Below, piece after piece: positions 36,899 through 46,362 of a DNA stretch of 57,961 nt. Location: contig JBBTED010000136.1 of assembly GCA_038042445.1 (NCBI GenBank), positions 1 through 57,961 of the forward strand. Direction: 5' to 3'. A model generated the notes under the pieces. The model was not told where the DNA came from, ran no database searches, and saw only the letters and a list, made by a program, of their open reading frames with translations. Each line of letters begins with the position of its first letter. Within the stretch, counting starts at the first letter, position 1. Source of the DNA: Candidatus Firestoneibacteriota bacterium (GTDB lineage Bacteria > Oederibacteriota > D2-FULL-39-29 > JBBTED01). The position numbers were made by a program, and so were the translations under genes.

Positions 36899-38167
36899 AT
36901 GAATATTCAAAAGTGGTTATATCCGGGTATTAGATTTAAAAGATGGGTGTTTCTTTTTGCATTGAGTTGCATTGTTCTTGGAGTTGGAGTAAGTGGTCTA
37001 CTTGGCAAAGTATTCACTGGAATACACTGGAATATTGAATTTGTAAATAAATCCACAGATTATTTAAAAGGATTAGTTACTATAGATATTTTTATGTTTA
37101 TCCTTGGAATACTCGGAGTGTATTTTGCATTTAGACGTGGGCTTTATGCTATTGGCACTATATTTATGCCGAACAAGGAAAAAGAATTTGTAAATATTGT
37201 ATATGAGAAGATTAAACTCAAAAGAGGTCCTAAAATTGTAGCTCTTGGTGGGGGTACAGGTCTTCCGACTTTATTGCATGGATTAAAAGAATATACGAGT
37301 AATATTACTGCAATAGTAACTGTGGCAGATGATGGTGGAAGTTCAGGTAAAATAATACGTGATTTTAAAATTCTTCCTCCAGGAGATATAAGAAATTGTC
37401 TTGTTGCTTTAGCAGATGCTGAACCATTGATGGCAAAATTATTTCAATATAGATTTAAGCAGGATACATTTGATGGACATAGTTTTGGAAATTTATTTAT
37501 CACTGCAATGACAGAAGTTGTTGGAGATTTTGGTAAAGCTGTCAAGGAATCAAGCAAAATTTTATCTATACATGGAAGAGTTTTGCCTGTTAGTTTGGAG
37601 AAAGTTGCTCTTGTTGCAGAGCTAAAGAATAAAACTTTACTTGAAGGTCAGAGCAATATTACAAAAAGTCCATCTCCTATAGAAAGAGTATTTTTAAAAC
37701 CGGAGATAATAAAACCTACTAATGAGGTTTTAAAAGCAATAGCTTCAGCAGATGCTATTGTAATGGGTCCTGGTAGTCTTTATACAAGTATTATTCCTAA
37801 TTTATTGGTTAATGGTGTAGTTGATACAATAGTAAAATCGCGCGCAGTAAAAATTTATATTTCTAATATTATGACACAGCCTGGTGAGACGGATAATTAC
37901 ACAATAAGTGATCATTTAAAAGCAATAATAAAACATAGTGTTAATCTTGGTGTAGTGGATTATGTAGTTGTAAATTCTGAGGATGCACCTGGTGAACTTT
38001 TAGAAAGATACAAAGCAGAAAATTCATATCCTGCAGTTTGTGATCCTGAAAATATTCGCAAGTTGGGAGTAACTCTTGTTAAAGCTAAAATATTATCTAC
38101 AAGAGATTACTTACGTCATGACCCTTTAAAACTTGCACATGCAATAATAAAAATTTTGGCATTATAA
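36899..38167 (+). CDS. yvcK: YvcK/GlmR family UDP-GlcNAc-binding protein with N-terminal TM helices
   Basis: GGGTGL, VADDGGSSG, PPGDIRN, GHSFGNL, GPGSLYTS, MTQPGET, RHDP. Confidence 0.92.
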   Translation: MNIQKWLYPGIRFKRWVFLFALSCIVLGVGVSGLLGKVFTGIHWNIEFVNKSTDYLKGLVTIDIFMFILGILGVYFAFRRGLYAIGTIFMPNKEKEFVNIVYEKIKLKRGPKIVALGGGTGLPTLLHGLKEYTSNITAIVTVADDGGSSGKIIRDFKILPPGDIRNCLVALADAEPLMAKLFQYRFKQDTFDGHSFGNLFITAMTEVVGDFGKAVKESSKILSIHGRVLPVSLEKVALVAELKNKTLLEGQSNITKSPSPIERVFLKPEIIKPTNEVLKAIASADAIVMGPGSLYTSIIPNLLVNGVVDTIVKSRAVKIYISNIMTQPGETDNYTISDHLKAIIKHSVNLGVVDYVVVNSEDAPGELLERYKAENSYPAVCDPENIRKLGVTLVKAKILSTRDYLRHDPLKLAHAIIKILAL

Positions 38168-38168
38168 T

Positions 38169-39527
38169 ATGGCTAATAATTTAATGATAGGGATTTCTGG
38201 TGTTCGTGGAATAGTTGGAGAGACTTTAACTCCTGAACTTCTAACACGGCTTGGCACAGCATTTGGAACTTTTATGAGGTCAGGCAAAGTTGTTGTTGGA
38301 AGAGATACAAGAGTTTCAGGGGCAATGGTAAAACATTCTGTGCTTGCAGGTTTGATATCAACAGGATGTTTGGTTATTGATTTAGATGTATGCACATCGC
38401 CTTCTTGTTCTCTTATGGTTGAAGAACTTGGCGCCAGTGGTGGCATAGTAATATCAGGTAGTCATAATCCTATTGAATGGAATGCTTTGAAGTTTTTAAG
38501 GGCAGATGGTGTTTTCTTAAATGACAGTGAAGGAAGAGAATTATTAAATATATATTATCAAGGGAATTTTAAAAAAGCAAAATGGAATGAATTAAAAGAA
38601 GTTAGAGAAGACAGAACTACAGATGAAAGACATATTAGCAAGGTATTGAAAACTGTAGATGTTTCATTGATACGGAAACAACATTTTAAAGTTGCATTAG
38701 ATAGTTGTAATGGTGCTGGTTCTGGTATCACTCCTAAACTTCTTGATGAATTAGGTTGTGAAGTTGTAAAACTTCATTGCACGCCGAATGGACTTTTTCC
38801 GCATAATCCTGAACCTATATTTGTAAATCTTCAGGAATTGTGTTCACTTGTGAAAAAGACACATGTTGATATAGGGTTTGCACAGGATGCAGATGCAGAC
38901 AGACTTGCATTAGTTTCTGAAAAAGGCGAATATTTGGGTGAAGAATATTCTCTGGCATTATTGGCTAATTTTATATTAAAGAAAAAACGTGGAGTTGTAG
39001 TAACAAACGTCTCAGCTACACGTGCAATAGATGATATAGCAGCAAAATATAAGTCCAAAGTAATTAGAACCAGAGTTGGAGAGGTCAATGTTGCGGAAGC
39101 AATGAAAGTGGCAAATGCAGTTATAGGTGGCGAAGGAAATGGAGGAATTATTGATCCTCGTGTGCATTATGTCCGAGATAGTTTAGTTGGTATTGCACTG
39201 ATTTTGGAATATCTGGCAGAATCTAAAAAAACAATTTCAGAATTATATTCTGCTTTGCCTGAATATCATATTGTAAAGCAAAAAATGGAGTGTCCTTCTG
39301 AGATAATTCCTGTAGTAACAAAATGGCTTAAGCAAAAATATCATAAAGCTAAATTTGATTGGACTGATGGCATAAAAATAAATTTTTCCGACAGTTGGAT
39401 ACATATAAGACCGTCAAATACTGAACCAATAATTAGAATATTTTCCGAAGCCAAGTTACAAAAAACAGCACAGAAATTATCCAGTGATGTTGTAAGTTAT
39501 ATAAATCATTTACTTAAAAAGCAATAG
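38169..39527 (+). CDS. glmM: phosphoglucosamine mutase / phosphohexomutase
   Basis: GRDTR, SGSHNP, DADADR, GGEGNGG, RPSNTEP; next to glmS. Confidence 0.85.
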   Translation: MANNLMIGISGVRGIVGETLTPELLTRLGTAFGTFMRSGKVVVGRDTRVSGAMVKHSVLAGLISTGCLVIDLDVCTSPSCSLMVEELGASGGIVISGSHNPIEWNALKFLRADGVFLNDSEGRELLNIYYQGNFKKAKWNELKEVREDRTTDERHISKVLKTVDVSLIRKQHFKVALDSCNGAGSGITPKLLDELGCEVVKLHCTPNGLFPHNPEPIFVNLQELCSLVKKTHVDIGFAQDADADRLALVSEKGEYLGEEYSLALLANFILKKKRGVVVTNVSATRAIDDIAAKYKSKVIRTRVGEVNVAEAMKVANAVIGGEGNGGIIDPRVHYVRDSLVGIALILEYLAESKKTISELYSALPEYHIVKQKMECPSEIIPVVTKWLKQKYHKAKFDWTDGIKINFSDSWIHIRPSNTEPIIRIFSEAKLQKTAQKLSSDVVSYINHLLKKQ

Positions 39528-39574
39528 GTTAGTATTAAAGATACTAAACCAGCAACTTTGGGAAAGGAGGGTAT

Positions 39575-39745
39575 ATGGCAAAGGAAATTGCAGTAAAAAA
39601 AGCAGCTTTCGGTGGAAAGACAATAAAGTGGAGTAAAGTAAAAGATGTAAGAATTGGAGAGATTTTTGGAGATAAGGATTGTGGTATGGGTGAACAGATA
39701 AAGTTAATCTGGGCATTTATAAAGAAGAATAAAATTAACGAATAG
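39575..39745 (+). CDS. small SWIB/MDM2-like protein (56 aa; not in the ORF track)
   Basis: SD AAGGAGG; MAKEIAVKKAAFGG..EQIKLIWAFIKKNKINE; followed by a terminator. Confidence 0.7.
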   Translation: MAKEIAVKKAAFGGKTIKWSKVKDVRIGEIFGDKDCGMGEQIKLIWAFIKKNKINE

Positions 39746-39769
39746 AATAGAAACATTCGTTATGTACGT

Positions 39770-39812
39770 AAAAAATAGGGACATCTGCCTAGTCGGATGT
39801 CCCTATTTTTTA
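39770..39812 (+). terminator. intrinsic (possibly bidirectional) terminator
   Basis: A6-TAGGGACATC..GATGTCCCTA-T7. Confidence 0.85.
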
Positions 39813-39885
39813 CTATTTTCCCAGTTCCACATGGGGTATCAAATTGCCTTGTAAATAGGTGGTTTATATGGTATAGTTAAAAACA

Positions 39886-39972
39886 ATGGAAATTAAAATA
39901 GATTTTCATCTTTTAAGAAGAGCAGAAGAACGTGGAGCTAATGAAGGGATATATTTTTTATGTGTGGAATAG
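39886..39972 (+). pseudogene. possible N-terminal remnant of a DUF4258-like toxin gene in the glmS leader
   Basis: MEIKIDFHLLRRAEERGANE.. placed 8 nt after a TATAGT -10 box; ends overlapping the glmS start. Confidence 0.4.
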
Positions 39973-41792
39973 TTGGTTATATAGGAAAGAAATTTGTTGA
40001 TTCGGTTTTATTGGTTGGCCTTGAGAGGTTGGAATACAGGGGTTATGATTCTGCTGGTATTGCAACTATTTCAAATGGTGAGCTTTCTGTATTTAAAAGA
40101 GCGGGCAAATTAAAAATTTTGGATACTGCTTTAAAACAGGAGCCACTTGGCGGAAATATTGGCATAGGTCATACTCGCTGGGCTACCCATGGTGAACCTA
40201 ATGAAATCAATGCACATCCTCATACAGATTGTTCTGGTAAGATAGCTATTGTCCATAATGGAATAATTGAAAATTATATACAACTGAAAGAAAATTTAAT
40301 TAAAGAGGGGCATATATTCCAATCAGAAACTGATAGTGAAGTAATAGCGCATCTTATTGAAAAAAATACTGCAAACAAAAATTTTGAAGAGGGGACACTT
40401 GCTGCTTTTAAAGAGCTTAAAGGTGCGTATGCTGTAGTAGCAATATCTGAAGCTGAACCCGATAAAATAATTGCAGGAAGAAAAGGTAGTCCTTTAATAA
40501 TTGGTGTTGGGAAAGAAGAAAATTTTGTTGCTTCTGATTTGTCTGCAATATTGACTCATACTAACGAAATTGTTTTCTTAAATGAAGATGAGATAGCAGT
40601 AATTTCCAATAGCAAAATAAAATTTTTAAATTTAGATGGGGTGGAAGTTGAACATCCTTCCCAGAGAATAGAAATGAAAGTTACTGACTATAGCAAGGGC
40701 GAGTATTCACATTTTATGCTAAAAGAAATCTATGAACAGTCGGAAGTTATAGATAGAATTATTCAAACGTATTTTTGTGAACGGAATTTACCTGTGAAAT
40801 TTGGAGGTTTAACTTTAGGACGGGAATACCTTGCGAAAGTTGGAAAAATAATAATTCAGGCCTGTGGTACTTCCTGGCATGCAGGTTTGATAGGTAAGTT
40901 TTTACTTGAAAAATATTCAAAAATACATACTGAAGCTGATATTTCTTCTGAATTTAGATATAGAAATCCAGTCTTAGAAGGCGATACATTGCTTATTGCT
41001 ATATCGCAGTCAGGTGAAACTGCTGATACTCTTGCAGGAATAAGACAGGCAAAAAGTAAATTCATAAAAGTTTTATCTATATGCAATGTGTTGGGTAGTA
41101 GTATCGCTCGTGAATCAGACAGTAATATTGAGCTTATGGCTGGTCCTGAAATAGGAGTTGCTTCTACAAAAGCATATACTGCTGAACTTACGATACTGTA
41201 TCTTTTTGCAATATATTTTTCACGATTGAAATGGGCAATACATCAGGAACAAATGGATCAAGCTATAGCTGAGATTTTAAAAGCACCTGATTTAATAAAA
41301 AAAATATTACAAAATAACAGTGCTATTGAAAAATGTGCTGAACAATATTGTAATGCAAAGCAATTTGTTTTTCTTGGTAGAGGTGTGAATTACCCAACTG
41401 CATTAGAGGGAGCATTGAAGTTAAAAGAAATATCATATATACATGCTACTGGGTATCCTGCTGGAGAATTTAAGCATGGTCCAATAGCTTTAATTGATGA
41501 GAATACACCTGTTATTGCAATAATTCCAAAAGGAGAAATCTATCCAAAAATGTTTTCAAATATTTTAGAAGTTCGGGCAAGAAAAGGAAAAGTTATAGCA
41601 ATTGCAACTGAGGGAGATGAAGACATAAAAAATATTGCAAATAATGTAATATATATTCCTGAAATTGATGAAGATTTGTCTCCACTTCTTGCTGTTATAC
41701 CATTGCAATTATTTGCATATCACGTCGCTGTTAAAAAAGGATGTGATGTAGATAAACCCAGAAATCTTGCAAAAAGTGTTACTGTAGAATAA
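39960..41792 (+). CDS. glmS: glutamine--fructose-6-phosphate aminotransferase
   Basis: MCGIVG, LEYRGYDSAG, GHTRWATHG, SQSGET, PRNLAKSVTVE. Confidence 0.98.
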   Translation: MCGIVGYIGKKFVDSVLLVGLERLEYRGYDSAGIATISNGELSVFKRAGKLKILDTALKQEPLGGNIGIGHTRWATHGEPNEINAHPHTDCSGKIAIVHNGIIENYIQLKENLIKEGHIFQSETDSEVIAHLIEKNTANKNFEEGTLAAFKELKGAYAVVAISEAEPDKIIAGRKGSPLIIGVGKEENFVASDLSAILTHTNEIVFLNEDEIAVISNSKIKFLNLDGVEVEHPSQRIEMKVTDYSKGEYSHFMLKEIYEQSEVIDRIIQTYFCERNLPVKFGGLTLGREYLAKVGKIIIQACGTSWHAGLIGKFLLEKYSKIHTEADISSEFRYRNPVLEGDTLLIAISQSGETADTLAGIRQAKSKFIKVLSICNVLGSSIARESDSNIELMAGPEIGVASTKAYTAELTILYLFAIYFSRLKWAIHQEQMDQAIAEILKAPDLIKKILQNNSAIEKCAEQYCNAKQFVFLGRGVNYPTALEGALKLKEISYIHATGYPAGEFKHGPIALIDENTPVIAIIPKGEIYPKMFSNILEVRARKGKVIAIATEGDEDIKNIANNVIYIPEIDEDLSPLLAVIPLQLFAYHVAVKKGCDVDKPRNLAKSVTVE

Positions 41793-41794
41793 AA

Positions 41795-42598
41795 ATGAAA
41801 ATCGTAGCCAAAATAAAAATAACTTCATTACTATTGATAGTTTCATCGATATTTATACCTATTGCTATTATTTTAGAGTTTTTACTAATGGAACTGAATC
41901 ATACATTTTTTGCAATATTGGCAACAGAAATTGGGTGTATCACTGCAATAACAATTCTTGCAATTTTAATGCTGATAAAAGTGGAGAATAGATTAGAAGA
42001 ATTTGTTAAATCAATTAAACCTTCAAATAAAACAGTGGTTTTTAATAAAAAAAACGATGAGATGGATATACTTCAAAAATCCTTTTGTGATATGCAACAT
42101 AACATAAAAGGTTTATCACAAGTAGCAAAACTTGATGTTATAGATACTCAGACAGGTTTGTATACACATAGCCATTTTCATGAGGTTTTGGATGCTGAAT
42201 TGAAAAATTCACAAAATCTATCTGTAGTTTTGATTGATATTGATCACTTCAAAAAATATAATACTAGCAAAGGGTATAAGTCAGGAGATAATATATTAAA
42301 ACAAATCAGTAATATTTTGAAAAATTTAATAAATGATAAAGGCTTGTTATTTAGATATGGTGGAGAAGAGATTGCTGGAATTTTTAAAAACTTATCAAAA
42401 GAAGAAGTATATAATTTGCTTGAAAACATAAGGAATATTGTAGAGAAGGATAATTCAATTGGTTTAACATTTAGTTGTGGGATTGCAGGTTATCCTGTTG
42501 ATGCGCAGGATAAAGATGATTTGCTAAAACATACAGGTGAAGCATTGTATATGGCGAAATATGGTGGAAGGAATGCAGTTTGTATTTATACACCATAG
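41795..42598 (+). CDS. membrane-bound GGDEF-domain protein (diguanylate cyclase-like)
   Basis: Two TM helices, DTQTGL, DIDHFK, RYGGEEI, ALYMAK..GRN. Confidence 0.88.
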   Translation: MKIVAKIKITSLLLIVSSIFIPIAIILEFLLMELNHTFFAILATEIGCITAITILAILMLIKVENRLEEFVKSIKPSNKTVVFNKKNDEMDILQKSFCDMQHNIKGLSQVAKLDVIDTQTGLYTHSHFHEVLDAELKNSQNLSVVLIDIDHFKKYNTSKGYKSGDNILKQISNILKNLINDKGLLFRYGGEEIAGIFKNLSKEEVYNLLENIRNIVEKDNSIGLTFSCGIAGYPVDAQDKDDLLKHTGEALYMAKYGGRNAVCIYTP

Positions 42599-42614
42599 AT
42601 TTTTTGGGTAAAAT

Positions 42615-43232
42615 ATGGATAAAAATAAAGTAACGATGGTTTTTTTAGGGCATATAATACGTCCGATAGTATATCTTATTCTTATACTAATTATATATTT
42701 TGCACTGCAATATTCAAATATAGTATCTGCTAAAATCTTAGATAAGACAGCATATATTTTAATTGTATTTGCATCTTCCTATCTGATTTCAAAAATATTT
42801 GGTGCTTTGTTGAGATGGTATTTGCATAGAATGGATGTAAAAACAACAGGTAGACTGGAAAGTAAATTTTTGCCATTTGCAGATAAAATCTCAATAATAG
42901 TTATTTGTACAATTGCAATTTTAATGACTCTCCAGCATTTTGGTCAGAACATCTCAGCTTTTCTTGCAACTTTAGGGTTTCTTTCGTTGGCTGTAGCGTT
43001 GGCTTTACAGGAAGTTATTGCTAATATTATTGCTGGTTTTGTGATAATGTTAGATGCTCCATTTTCTGTAGGTGATAAGATTAAATTATTGCCGTCTGGT
43101 GAAATAGGTGAAATTATTTCAATAGGATTGAAAAGTACACGATTGAAATCAAGTTCTGCTGATGTAGGAATTTTAGTTATTCCTAATGCAGAATTAGCAC
43201 GAACAAGAATCATTAATCTTTCAAAGCAATAG
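42615..43232 (+). CDS. MscS family mechanosensitive channel (short)
   Basis: ALALQEVIAN, PFSVGD, IGLKST, IPN; lacks the C-terminal cytoplasmic domain. Confidence 0.85.
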   Translation: MDKNKVTMVFLGHIIRPIVYLILILIIYFALQYSNIVSAKILDKTAYILIVFASSYLISKIFGALLRWYLHRMDVKTTGRLESKFLPFADKISIIVICTIAILMTLQHFGQNISAFLATLGFLSLAVALALQEVIANIIAGFVIMLDAPFSVGDKIKLLPSGEIGEIISIGLKSTRLKSSSADVGILVIPNAELARTRIINLSKQ

Positions 43233-43268
43233 GGGGATAAAATTAAAAAAATAAACAAAAAGGATGCA

Positions 43269-43616
43269 TTGTCTGATAAAGAACTTGCTGTTTTACTTGC
43301 TAAAGCTGTGGATGCTAAAAAAGGGTTAGATATCTTGATACTTAATTTAAAAAAATTTAATTTTATTCTTGATTATTTTATAATAGTTAGTGGGACATCA
43401 GATTCGCATGTTAGAGCTCTTGCTGATGCAATAGAGTTTGAGTTGGAAAAGAATGGATTAAGGTTAAAACATAAAGAAGCGGATAAAATTTCTAACTGGA
43501 TTTTGATGGATTGTGGAAATGTTGTAGCGCATATTTTCCATAAAGATTCGAGAAAATTTTATGCACTGGAACGGCTTTGGGGTGATGCGAAAACATTAGA
43601 ATATGACAATGACTGA
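43269..43616 (+). CDS. rsfS: ribosome silencing factor
   Basis: KKGLDI, DYFIIVSG, WILMD, HIF, FYALERLW. Confidence 0.95.
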   Translation: MSDKELAVLLAKAVDAKKGLDILILNLKKFNFILDYFIIVSGTSDSHVRALADAIEFELEKNGLRLKHKEADKISNWILMDCGNVVAHIFHKDSRKFYALERLWGDAKTLEYDND

Positions 43617-45327
43617 AAAGAATGGTTTAACCATATTTGAAATTAAAAATTTACTTGCAAAGTTTGTTGAAGATTCATTGTTAAAGGCAAAAGAAAATAA
43701 AGAAATAGAATTTAATGTTGGAATTTTACCTAAAATCCTTTTCGAACAGCCTAAAGATAAAAAATTTGGAGATCTTGCAACAAATTTTGCTATAGATTTT
43801 GCCAGAAAAACAAAGATAGCATCGCGTAAAATAGCAGAGATTGTTATTGTATTTCTTAAAGAATCAAACATAAAAATTATTAGCAAAATAGAAGTTGCAG
43901 GGCCTGGATTTTTAAATTTTTTCCTGAATTATACTGAATTAACAAAAGTTTTATTGGATATAGAGAATACACATGAAAATTATGGCTGTTTAGATTATTT
44001 TGCAGGTAAATCTATTAATGTTGAATTTGTAAGTGCTAATCCTGTTGGTCCTTTAAATATTGTTAATGCCAGAGCTGCTGCTGTTGGAGATTGTCTTTGT
44101 AGGTTACTTACTAAAGCAGGATATATCCAAGTTGTAAGAGAATATTATATAAATGATGCAGGTAATCAAATAAAAATTTTTGGTGAATCTGTTGCATCAA
44201 GATATAAACAAGCATTAGGTGTAGATGTTGTGTTTCCTGAAAATGGATATCAAGGTGAATACGTAAAAGATATTGCAAATTGGATAAAAGAAACGTATAA
44301 CGACAAATATTTGAGTTTTTCACAAGAAGAACAGGCAAGTATTTTGGGAAAGTTGGCATCTTTACGGATAATTGAGGAGCAAAAATCTGAGCTTAAAAAT
44401 TTCGGTGTTGAATTTGATGTATGGTTTTCTGAAAAAACTTTACATACTGTAAATAAAGTTAAAGATACATTGGATTTGCTTAAAACTAAAGAATGTGTTT
44501 ATGAAAAAGATAATGCAATATGGCTGAAGACAACACAGTTTGGTGATGACAAAGATAGAGTTCTTGTAAAAGAAAATGGTGATTGGACATATTTCCTTGT
44601 AGATATAGCATATCATATAGATAAATTTAAAAGAGGGTTTAATACTCTTTTGGATATATGGGGTCCTGATCATCATGGCCATATTATAAGAATGAAATCT
44701 GCTATGTCATCTTTAGGAATTGACCCTTCAAGTCTTGTAGTTTTAATAGCACAACAGGTGAATTTAATTCATGAAGGTGAAGTATTGGCTATGTCTAAAC
44801 GTGCAGGAAAATTTATAACAATGAAAGAGCTTGTAGATGAAGTTGGAGCAGATGTTGTTAAATATTTTTTCATAATGAAAAGTTTAGATGCGCATTTTGA
44901 TTTTGATATAGAACTTGCTAAAAAACATTCAGATGAAAATCCTGTGTATTATATTCAATATGCTTTTGCACGAATATGCAGTATCTTAAGAAATTCTAAA
45001 GAGTCAGTAGTTGCCGATTTATCGGCAAAAAATATATCAGAAGTAAATCTTGTATTGCTGAAAGAAGAAGAAGAACATGAGCTTATATTTAAATTAGCTT
45101 CTTTTCCTGAATTAATTTTAAATTCCGCTATATTTTATGCTCCACACTGGTTGCCAAAATATTTAGAAGAACTTGCAAGTATTTTTCATAGGTTTTATAC
45201 AGAATGCAAAGTTTTATCAGATGATAAAGATTTAACATTAGCAAGATTATTGTTAGTTTCTTCAACAAAAACCGTTATAAAAAACGGTTTAGATTTAATG
45301 GGTATTTCCACACCTGAAAAGATGTAA
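43603..45327 (+). CDS. argS: arginine--tRNA ligase
   Basis: FGDLATN, AGPGFLNF, EFVSANP, YYINDAGNQ, MSKRAG, NPVYYIQYA, PEKM. Confidence 0.97.
   Translation: MTMTEKNGLTIFEIKNLLAKFVEDSLLKAKENKEIEFNVGILPKILFEQPKDKKFGDLATNFAIDFARKTKIASRKIAEIVIVFLKESNIKIISKIEVAGPGFLNFFLNYTELTKVLLDIENTHENYGCLDYFAGKSINVEFVSANPVGPLNIVNARAAAVGDCLCRLLTKAGYIQVVREYYINDAGNQIKIFGESVASRYKQALGVDVVFPENGYQGEYVKDIANWIKETYNDKYLSFSQEEQASILGKLASLRIIEEQKSELKNFGVEFDVWFSEKTLHTVNKVKDTLDLLKTKECVYEKDNAIWLKTTQFGDDKDRVLVKENGDWTYFLVDIAYHIDKFKRGFNTLLDIWGPDHHGHIIRMKSAMSSLGIDPSSLVVLIAQQVNLIHEGEVLAMSKRAGKFITMKELVDEVGADVVKYFFIMKSLDAHFDFDIELAKKHSDENPVYYIQYAFARICSILRNSKESVVADLSAKNISEVNLVLLKEEEEHELIFKLASFPELILNSAIFYAPHWLPKYLEELASIFHRFYTECKVLSDDKDLTLARLLLVSSTKTVIKNGLDLMGISTPEKM
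45007..45026 (+). repeat. GTAG-type REP inside the argS coding sequence
   Basis: Identical to 5069..5088; read in frame as VVADLSA. Confidence 0.65.
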
Positions 45328-45360
45328 TGCGAGGTTATTCTAAAATTGTAGTGGGTTTTT

Positions 45361-45392
45361 CCCTCTTTGTAAAAGAGGGGCAGGGGAGATTT
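45361..45392 (+). repeat. CCCCCTT/AAGGGGG family repeat (variant)
   Basis: CCCTCTTT-GTA-AAAGAGGG-GCAGGGGAGATTT with compensatory change in the stem. Confidence 0.65.
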
Positions 45393-45395
45393 TAA

Positions 45396-45677
45396 GTGAA
45401 TACTGCAACACATATTTTTGTTTCAGGAATTGTACAAGGAGTGTGTTTTCGCGCTTTTGTATATGAAAATGCAAGAGCATTTAATGTTAATGGTTGGGTT
45501 AGAAACTTAAATGATGGCAGAGTAGAAGCATTTTTTGAAGGCAGTAAAAAAAATATTGATAAAATGATTGAATTGTGTAAAATAGGTCCATCAGGCGCAA
45601 AAGTAACAAATATAGACATAAATGATGAGATTTATACTGGAAAATTTAAAGATTTCACAATACAATATAGGGGGTAA
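45396..45677 (+). CDS. acyP: acylphosphatase
   Basis: SGIVQGVCFR, GWVRNL.DGRVE, GPSGA. Confidence 0.93.
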   Translation: MNTATHIFVSGIVQGVCFRAFVYENARAFNVNGWVRNLNDGRVEAFFEGSKKNIDKMIELCKIGPSGAKVTNIDINDEIYTGKFKDFTIQYRG

Positions 45678-45682
45678 TTACT

Positions 45683-45934
45683 ATGGCAATAAAAAAGAAA
45701 GTGATGTCATTTACTGTAGTATTTGAAAAAGCAATAGAAGGTGGATATATTGTAACTGTACCAATACTTCCTGGTTGCATGACACAAGGTGAAACTTTTG
45801 AAGAAGCAGAAGAAATGGTAAAAGATGCAATCAAATGTTATTGTGAGAGTTTAACCAAACATGGTGAATCAATTCCTGAAGAGAATGAAGAATTTATAGG
45901 AAAAGTTTCTGTGCCAGTGATGGTAGGGAAATGA
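45683..45934 (+). CDS. hicB: HicB family antitoxin
   Basis: GGYIVTVP.LPGCMTQGETFEEA. Confidence 0.92.
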   Translation: MAIKKKVMSFTVVFEKAIEGGYIVTVPILPGCMTQGETFEEAEEMVKDAIKCYCESLTKHGESIPEENEEFIGKVSVPVMVGK

Positions 45935-46155
45935 GTAATCGTCTTGGTAGCATAAAACCTAAAGAGTTTATTCGTAAGTTAAAGAAAGCTGGATTTTGGA
46001 TTGATCATCAAACAGGTAGTCATGTAATTTTACTAAATAGTAAGGAATGTCGTGTTGTAGTGCCGTATCATATTAAAGAAATGAAACGAGGACTTCTCTT
46101 CGGTTTGATTAAACAAGCAGGCTTTACTGTAGAAGAGTTTCAAAAATGGAAATGA
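45931..46155 (+). CDS. hicA: HicA family toxin
   Basis: L.KAGF..QTGSH, VVVPYH, IKQAG. Confidence 0.92.
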   Translation: MSNRLGSIKPKEFIRKLKKAGFWIDHQTGSHVILLNSKECRVVVPYHIKEMKRGLLFGLIKQAGFTVEEFQKWK

Positions 46156-46285
46156 ATTTTGAAAAGACAGATTTAGATTTGCGAATTAAGGAAGAATTAG
46201 TTCCTGTAGTTGAATCGGCAAAAGTATAAATGAAAATTTTTATATGTTTAATTTTATATTTTGACGATACTGTAAAAAGTTTTAT

Positions 46286-46334
46286 GTAGGGCAAGGCTTT
46301 AGCCTTGCAAAGCAAACCTAAAGGTTTGTTCTGC
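46286..46334. repeat. GTAG-type REP doublet
   Basis: GTAGGGCAAGGCTTTAGCCTTGC..GCAAACCTAAAGGTTTGTTCTGC; similar to 52496. Confidence 0.75.
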
Positions 46335-46362
46335 AAAACCATTTTAATTTTTAGGAGATTTT

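Noticed and set aside
39812..39960. glmS ribozyme
   Set aside because: The AGCGCC...GACGAGG core is absent from the leader.
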